A stretch of 64,000 nucleotides of DNA, from assembly GCA_023515725.1 (NCBI GenBank), contig JALDTO010000146.1, positions 434,001-498,000 on the forward strand. Reading direction: 5' to 3'. The notes under the pieces are model-generated. The model was not told the origin of the DNA. It was given only the letters and a program-made list of their open reading frames with translations, and did not search any database. Shown one piece after another: positions 55,167 through 64,000 of this stretch. The position numbers and the translations under genes were made by a program. The DNA is from Amoeboaphelidium protococcarum X5 (lineage: Eukaryota > Fungi > Aphelidiomycota). Within the stretch, counting starts at the first letter, position 1. Each line of letters starts with the position of its first letter.

Positions 55167-58100
55167 ATGGAAGAATAATAGAATAAAATGAGTCAAATCG
55201 CTGGTCCGATCCTTGATCATCATTCTGAAGAGGGAGATTTGGTAGAGTTGGGAAATGTCAAGTCGCCAAGGGTCGATGGTGATGATGCACAACAACTCTA
55301 GCCACCGTCTTCGCAAGCCAATTCTCACTATGAGGTATATGTCAATTAGCAAGAGAAATTAGTCGAGGCTTCTATAGAGTACAAGTATCCCACCAATTAT
55401 ATCCGTACCACCAAGTATACTGCATTGACATTTTTGCCGATCAATTTATTTAATCAAGTAAGATTAGTTTAGACTTTTGCCACCATAATGTTCATCATTC
55501 ATCATGTACATCATCTCCCTGATTGTCTGTGTAGTTTCGCCGTTTCTATAACATCTACTTTCTATTCGCTGCAGTATTTGCCTTCTATCCTAATGCTTCT
55601 GCCATATCACCAGCCACTCAGATCACTCCGCTGCTATTCATCTTGATCGTCACCATGATTAAGGATGGTATCGAGGACTATCTGCGCTATAGATCAGACG
55701 CGAAGGCCAACAATCTTCCGGCTGAGGTGATACGTAATGGACAGCGACTGGAGTGTTTGAGTAAAGATATAGTGCCCGGCGATATAGTATTGGTGAAGAA
55801 GAATGAAGTATTCCCCGCTGACCTTATTCTCCTAAGCACATCTTTCAGTGATGGAACTTGCTTCATTGAGACGGCTCAGCTGGATGGTGAGACAAATTTG
55901 AATCGAAAATCTGCTCTTGGTGATTTGGCTGATCTGGCATCGGCTGATCACTTGAAGGACTTTAAATGTCACATTGAATGTGAGACACCTAATAATCGTA
56001 TGAACTAATTTGAAGGTCGTATAGTTGTGGAGGAGAGCGGTGTTTCTCAAAAGAAGACTTATCCACTTTCAATTTAGTAGATGCTTTTGCGTGGTGCAGA
56101 GTTGAGAAATACTGACTTTGTCTATGGAATCTGTGTGTATGCCGGAGTTGATACCAAGATTATCAAGAACTTGTAAAAGACTTCACTCAAGTTTTCCACC
56201 ATGTAATCAAAGCTGAATCTTTTGTTGATTGGCACCTTTATATATAACGCCATCATATTGATTGTGAGTGTGATCTACGGCTCGATATGGGCCAATCAGA
56301 ACATTGATCCCTTGAAAGCATGGTATGTTTGGAATGGTGTAGATGCCTCCACCACCTCTGGCCTACAGGCTATGACATACTACATTCTGTATACATACGT
56401 GATTCCTATATCTCTGTTCATTTCCATGGAGATTGTACGTGTATTCCAGGCTTACTTTATCATTAAGGATGAGTAGATGACTCTACCTGTTCCGGGCTAG
56501 AAGGATCCCAGTAAGCTTGTGTCTGTAGTGGTCAAGAATAGTAATTTGAATGAAGAGCTGGGCTCGATCGATTACATTTTCAGTGATAAGACTGGTACTC
56601 TTACTTAGAATCTGATGAAGTTGTCTTAATGGTATGTCGGTTCTTAGTTGTATGATGAAATGCACTAGCCTGGATCTGTGTTGAAAGATTATTAGACTAG
56701 ACCGTCTGACAAGAACATGCTCATGTTCCTGAGATTGATTGCTCTATGTCACTCTGCTATACCGACGAAAGATGAAGCAAGCGGTAAGATTATATATGAA
56801 TCTGAAAGTCCTGATGAAACTGCATTGCTGGAGTCTATGAGGGATAATGGCGTAGTGGTATTGGATAGAAGCAAAGGTGGAATAAGAATATCTATTGATG
56901 GTCGCGAAGAGTCTTACGAAATTTTGGAAGTTGTCGAATTCAATTCTGATCGTAAGCGAATGTCTGTGCTGCTTCGTATAGATGGACGTGTTTGTTTGTT
57001 GTGTAAAGGTGCAGACTCTGTTATACTTGACCGCCGCAATAGAGATTAGTCCAAGGATTACATTGCTGATGTGGAGTAAAAGTTGAAGTCTTTCTCTTTA
57101 CAGGGCCTGAGAACCTTAGTTTATGCCTATCGATTCTTGTCTGAAGATGAATACTTGAAATTTAGCGCGCAATATTAGGAAGCCAGTACGTAGTTGCTGA
57201 ACCGCGAAAAGTCAATGATGCAAGTAGCAGAGCTGATTGAACGCAACATGGACATTATCGCGTGCAGTGCTATTGAAGACAAGTTGCAGGATAATGTGCC
57301 GGAGACTATTGACTTTCTCCTTCAATCTGGTATCAAGGTGTGGGTACTCACCGGTGACAAGACTGAGACTGCGATAAAGATTGCGATTTCGTGTAAATTG
57401 TTTAATGCCGAGACTCAGATACATATTCTAGAGTCCAAGACTGAGGATGACTGTAGGAAGCGTCTCAGTGAAGCACTTGGTAAGATCACTTCTGCTGATG
57501 GTAAGACTATTGTTCACGGCCTTGCTATGAATGGAGAATGCCTCAGGATTGCATTAGAGTCGTGTGCGAACGAATTTCTTGAAGTGGCCACCAAGTGTCA
57601 CTCTGTGTTATGTACCAGAGTGTCTCCTCTGCAGAAATCCCTAGTGGTTAAATTGGTCCGTGATAACATGAAGAAGATAACTTTGGCTGTCGGTGATGGT
57701 GCAAATGATGTCAGTATGATCCAAAGTGCACATGTCGGTGTTGGTATAGTGGGGATGGAAGGTGCACAGGCTGTCCGTGCCAGTGATTTTGCAATCCCAC
57801 AGTTTTAGTGTCTGAAGAGACTTATCACTGTGCATGGTAGGTACAATCATTACAGATTGTCATAGATTATCTACTTTTCATTATTTAAGAATCTTGGATT
57901 TATCACAGTCTGCTTCTGGTTTGGAATATACAGTGGCTGGTCTGGTTTACAGATCTATCAAGAGACATTTCTCTCCTTATATAATGTGATTTTCACCTCT
58001 CTACCGCCCATTGCTATGGCCACTTTTGAAAAGGATATTGGTGAGAGAATTTTGAATGAGTATCCACAACTATATGCCACGTACAGATCACGGCCGTTCA

Positions 58101-58603
58101 TGTCGACAAGACGAGTAGTTGAATACCTGATACTCCCATTCTGGCACTCGGTAGTCGTCATGTTTGGTCTAGTGCTGGCACTTGGAGATGGCACCATTAA
58201 CCCGAGCGGACTCGCTGGATCCGGATACTGGCAGCAGGCCTGGATGGCGTCCTCTGTGATTATGCTTATTGTGATGCTTAAAGCGTTTTTGGTGACCAGG
58301 CACATTGTAAGTCCGTTCGTGGCCAGTGTCGGCGTGAGTATGTTGGTATATATTGTATTCATGTACCTGGCCGAGGCTATTGGTCTACCATCTTTCCCCG
58401 GCTCAGCTAATGAAGTAAATACAAACATTGTCTACTACCTCTTCCTGCTGATAATAGTGCTCACTGCTCTACTACCCGACTATCTGTGGAGTTTCCTGTC
58501 CACCAACTATTTCCCGCGTGATGTGGACATTCTCCGTCAAGAGCAGTCCATTCAGAAGGCACAGAGAAGGAGAACTAAAGTTACGCCCCTTGTAGAAGCT
58601 TGA
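55167..58603 (+). CDS. P4-ATPase phospholipid flippase (Drs2/ATP8-like); intron 55458-55534
   Basis: [21 protein letters not shown]; LDGETNL; IPISL; [11 protein letters not shown]; SPDETAL; [10 protein letters not shown]; [11 protein letters not shown]. Confidence 0.93.
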
Positions 58604-58789
58604 AATGTGCAAGAATAAATGAATATATAATTTATATTTTATTCTCTTATACTTTGGTGTTAATTCAGCAGACTTGGCGAGTCTATGGAATTGGCTTCTA
58701 TGTTCCAACGAATTGTTGATTTATGCTTGATCTCTATCATGTGCCTTCGCCTTGAGCTGAAGTCTCCTCTTTTAATGCTCTGAATCGCA

Positions 58790-59542
<753 letters not shown>

Positions 59543-59751
59543 CTAATACATGATTAATTAATTACATTGTTCATCTTTTGTTACATTCTCGTTTACACTA
59601 ATCTTGCTTATTACTACTTCGTTCGGTTCAAAGAGCTGATCTGTAGGGAAACTGTACAAGTGTTTCTGTCGACTACAGTATGTTCATTCCTAAAGCACGA
59701 GGCGTGTTTGTTAGTTAAATGTAGACCTCCTAAACAAAGAGTGTATTTGTA

Positions 59752-59847
59752 AATATTCGACAAATATTCGATTTGCAATCGAATATTTCACCGTGAAAAG
59801 AAGCCACTATTTGTGCAAATATATTTGTTCAAATATCCAAATATTCG
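59752..59847. repeat. AATATTCG subterminal-type repeats downstream of the hAT transposase
   Basis: Copies at 59752, 59763 and 59840, inverted copy at 59780. Confidence 0.6.
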
Positions 59848-60004
59848 AACTTTGCTCTCCTACTGATCTTCATCCCGTCAGCTGTAATGAAACGAGAGAA
59901 TATTCAAGCTAATAGTGAGGTTTAAAGTATATATTAGATGTACAAATGCATAGGGAAAAAGTTTCTCCATAGATGGAGCACGTTAAAAACCCAATGGCTC
60001 ACAA

Positions 60005-62143
60005 TCACTCCTCCTCCGAAGTAGAATCTACGCTCTCAATTCCTTCTACTGTATACGTGGACTCCACAAAATCATACACAGATATATTTCCTTGTTTCCG
60101 ATAGACATCCCTTAACACCATGACATTGCGAATAGTGTTTGGCTCCAATGATCCTCGATAATCAGTGACTATCTGACGCCCAGTAGAAAAAGCACTCTCA
60201 GATGGAACTGAAGTCGCAGGGATAGCCAGGAAATCCTTCGCCATTGCAGCCAATTACGGCCATTTAATCTCTCTAATTTTCCAATACTCCAATGGATTTT
60301 CAGAAAAAATAGACACACTGTCTCTAAGATACGTCGTCAAATGATTATCGACGTTATCAGAAGATACTCCCTCGCCTCCATACAATTCAGCGTCGAAATC
60401 ATCCACTTCACTAAGCTCTTCTTCGGCGATGGGGACTCTATCTTGATATAAGCGAGTTAGATATCTCTAGACTATTGATTAAGCAATTTCAGACCCTGGA
60501 GATTCATCATCCACATTAACAATGTCATAATGCAATAGATTCTTGTTCTAGTCAAAGAATCGCGCTTTAGAACGAGGGTCCAACACGGTAGCTATCACAT
60601 TGTAATCCGTGAAAGTGGTACAGTATTAATTCAACTTCTATAAAGCAGCATCAGCTGCCTGCCGCACCACCTGAACTCTACTAGTTTTCATTTTCAAACA
60701 ATGATTAGTAAGATTCACATGCATAGGCAAAACTTGATTCAAGGTTCCATACTTAGATCCACTTAGTGTAGTAGTAGCCTTAGCAAATTTTCTCAAAAAG
60801 AGGCACAATTGCTCTAAAACATCCCATTTAATCGTGCGATACTGTTCTTTGAATCCGACACCTGTAGCTACTAAACACAATAGGTCGAAAACTTTCTTAT
60901 ATTCTACAGCATACGTTAACATTTCCCAGGTTGAATTCCATCTTGTTGGGACATCGTAGCAAGGTTACCGAACAGCAACCTCTTTCTTAACACAGATCTC
61001 CTCGAACTTCTCCATGAGCAAAGAAGAGCGTCTCAATGAGACGATTAAATCACGAATGACTTTGATATCTTTCTCGAATATCTTGTAGGCTTCTTTAACA
61101 GCCAAATTGATTACATGAGCAAAGCACCTCATATGTCCAGATTCATCGAAATCTTCCAAACTGATCAAAGACTCCACAAAAGTCAAATTATTGGAAGCAT
61201 TATCGCACGTAACACTCAAAACCTTTTCAAACCCACCAAAAGATTCTTAAGCTATCAATCTGAACTTCTCACTAATCTTGACCCCAGAGTGCTTCCCGGT
61301 GAAAGGAACAAAATCAATCAGAGCACTTTACAAATCCCAATTTTTATCAATGTAATGACCTGTCACACACATAAAAGGGATTCTATTAGGACTAGTCCAC
61401 ATATCAGTCGTTGTAGCAAACTTACATGGCAGCGCCGTCAATTAGGAACTAACCTACATATCACGCTACTAGGCGCGCTTAGCAATCTCATTACGAACAG
61501 TGTCCGCGCTGATAAGATCTTTAGTGACAGTGGGGCGAACCAATTAGATTATCTCTTTGACCTCAGGATACTCGACAAATTCAAATGATAAATTGTTGGC
61601 GACTATTAAACGAATAAGGACATCACGGAATTTCTCAGGACTGTACTGGTTCTCAATCTAATGACTAATCATGGCCACGACGTCTTCGTTATCCTAAAGA
61701 TTCAACAAGCTTGGTTACGTTTCAGCAATCAACGCCATCTTCTCATGGACAGCGTTTATATGCTGCAATTAGGTAGTAGTCGAGCTTGGATTATATTTGA
61801 ACCATTTACCGCAGCTTGAAACTTTACATTGAATCTTACCTTACTGGTTCACAGCATTTTTGTCAAAAAATTACCATACAATCGATCTAGACGCCCTTGA
61901 AGAAACTTGACTCTTGGATTCAGACTTACTCTTGCACTTAGAAATTGCCTTTATTGGCGAGGGACAGGTTAAATTGATAATCTCCGAACTAGACGGAGGG
62001 ATATTCTCCACATTCAAGTGCGTTTAACTTACAGAGTCTTCCGGGGCTAGCTCAGACGTTGCATATGCGAAACTTTGAGCCAAAGTAGTCTATGGCATCT
62101 TGCTTATGGATTTACACCTACGAGGACTGTTGATTCCGTTCAT
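60005..62143 (-). mobile_element. hAT (Ac-like) transposase, intact 712-aa ORF
   Basis: BED finger SIVWQFF..C..C..H..H; TTDMWTS, TCDNASNN, RCFAHVINL, PTRWNST, IPATSVPSESAFS; TIR pair not identified. Confidence 0.92.
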
Positions 62144-62436
62144 GACTCCTACTTCTCTGAGCTTGCGCAAGACTGAGTAAAATGGAAATAAGAGAGGTTC
62201 AAACGCGCGACTCCTCCCTATCTAAATCTAAGGAGCGTTTGAAGGCTTACACAACTCTATAGCGTTTCAAAAGCGCCACTTAAGGTCATCGAATAACTTC
62301 TAATATTTAGGACTTATTACAAAAAAGCCGTAACGGGTCATGACCGTGTGACGCGGGCGATGTGTGACACGAGTACTAATAACACGCTCGGAAAAATTTG
62401 TCAACTTTTCTTTCGCTTCCTGACCATCAACACAAT

Positions 62437-64000
62437 ATGCTATCATCACCCACTCAATAGAGACATCGAGAAAACGATCTGTATCTGCAGTAAAGGGCTC
62501 AGGAGACTTATGAGCTGGCAGCGGAGAATAGGCCGGAGAATACTAATTTGGCATACAACCCAAAGCAGATTGAATTTCAAGATTGGTGTACTGAGCGTTA
62601 ATTCAGAGACAGAGATACAGTGTCCGGGGAGAAATTGCATGCATTTGTGAGCGATATGGTGGTTGGCAGACCGAGTAGAACTGATCCCACTGTCACTGTT
62701 GGTGCTCCTACAGTCAATTCATATGTGGCAGCTATCACAGATTTGTATAAGTAGTAGAAGCTTCGCAACATGAACAACTACCCTCCGCCTCGAGAATTTC
62801 CGGCAGTGAAGCAGTTACTTCATCAAGTGAGAGGAGCGCAAGATTAGGTAAATAGGCGCAATTATGCTGATAGAATAGCAGGTACCATAGCTGATGGCTA
62901 TTCGAGTGTCGAAGAGCTGCAGAGAATTGCAGATTGGTTCATGAACTCAGGAGGTCGGAACGGGCTGCGTGACAGATTTATGTTCCTCATGGCGCACTAT
63001 TGCTTATTACGTGGCGAGTCTTTAAGATCTTTGGAGTTGGCTGATTTATATGCCATCAAATTGGAAAATGAAGGATTCACTGAGTGTTGGGCATTACTGG
63101 TACTCATGTGTTAAGGCAAAACCAATCAGTTCAATCGTAAAGAGTTTGGCTCATGCCTCAGAAATAAGCGCGTTGAAATATGCCCTTTCGGAGCATTGGC
63201 TCTTTATTTATTTCAGCGTTGGCATGACTTTAATGAGCCGTTTCCTGATTTGACTAGTCCTCAAGATTGGTTTTAGATCAAAGTTTGTCGAGCTCGTGGA
63301 CTTACTGAAGAGATGACTTACCAGACTCATTATAATGCTGTCAACAAGTGCTTGAGGGCCTGTAACATTCAAAGCAGTGCCAAGACTCATATCGGACGTG
63401 GTGCAGGTGCACGTATGGCAGAGTTGCAGGGTGCGTCTGAAGGTGATATTCGGCGCTTGGGGAGATGGAACAGCCAGGCGATGGAAGGCTGCTATTTGAC
63501 TGCACTGCCCAGAGGAGCGATGAGATCTTTGGCTGGTTTCCCTACTGATTCCGGATCATTCTATTTAGATCGAGGATAAATTGATCCGCCTGAACATTTA
63601 CAGAGATTGATATTTCCAGAAATTGATACGTATGTTATTGCAGAACTAGCGCATACGACAACCGCCGGGTTTATTAAGCTGCTTAAGTACATGAGGATTG
63701 TTGTTTTGTAGGACGCGGCTATTATGTAAGATTAGTATCCAGATTAGACTCTCTTTAATCATGCTCTATTTAGAAGTCAGGATTTTTTGCATTATAAAGA
63801 GTAACTGCTTGCTGCTCGGATTAATAATCTACCGCCTACCGAATTGAGATTGTAATAGGCTATGCCAGAGTTGGTAAATAAGATCGATTCTGTTGGTCAT
63901 TCTCTTCACGGCAAGATCGATGTTTTGAATCATAAAGTTGAACAATATGCTCATTCAAATACTCAAGTGCGCAATACTCTGAATGATTTACTCAATGGAC
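62437..64000 (+). mobile_element. Crypton (CryptonF/Ndc10-like) tyrosine recombinase, runs off the window end
   Basis: NRPENTNLAYNPKQIEF, LLRGES (R), GKTNQ (K), ICPFGAL, KTHIGR (HxxR), LGRWN (W), MEGCYL (Y). Confidence 0.92.

Noticed and set aside
59721-59735. TAGACCTCCTAAAC as the hAT TIR
   Set aside because: Only a 7-bp inverted match near 62305 and no 8-bp TSD
59752-59847. Repeats as a CRISPR-like array
   Set aside because: Short, irregular 8-mers in both orientations, typical of transposon subtermini

Overview
Compact, intron-poor eukaryotic nuclear DNA with fungus-like genes and a non-standard genetic code: TAA/TAG read as Gln and TGA is the usual stop. The supplied ORF track is therefore fragmented, and I re-translated everything by hand. 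Code plus gene content fit an aphelid such as Amoeboaphelidium protococcarum (inference). The window holds about 24 host genes: KIF12-like kinesin, translin, REX exonuclease, Osh1-like OSBP, P2C ATPase, two secreted FCP/SCP phosphatases, HACL1, RTT106, TFIIIC-like WD40, WDR24, USP4/15-like DUB, PEP4, SEN54, an N-truncated MSH2, a secreted DYRK-like kinase, GSKIP, a DDT-PHD protein, OXA1, velvet, UBC6, ERG27, a P4 flippase, CWC24 and some orphans. It also has one tRNA-Gly(TCC) and several mobile elements: an intact young Ty3/Gypsy 35 bp upstream of the tRNA (self-priming PBS, CAA-TGA-CAG-TTA gag-pol readthrough), a Fanzor1-like frame broken only by TGA codons, an intact hAT transposase, a Crypton tyrosine recombinase, and Tc1 and DxxH-transposase remnants. 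Highlights: two genes (UBC6, GSKIP) whose homology ends at TAA with no nearby TGA, hinting at position-dependent TAA termination; the Fanzor-like locus; the retroelement's recoding, priming and targeting features; and signal-peptide-bearing phosphatases and a kinase as candidate effectors. All family calls come from motif recognition, not database searches.
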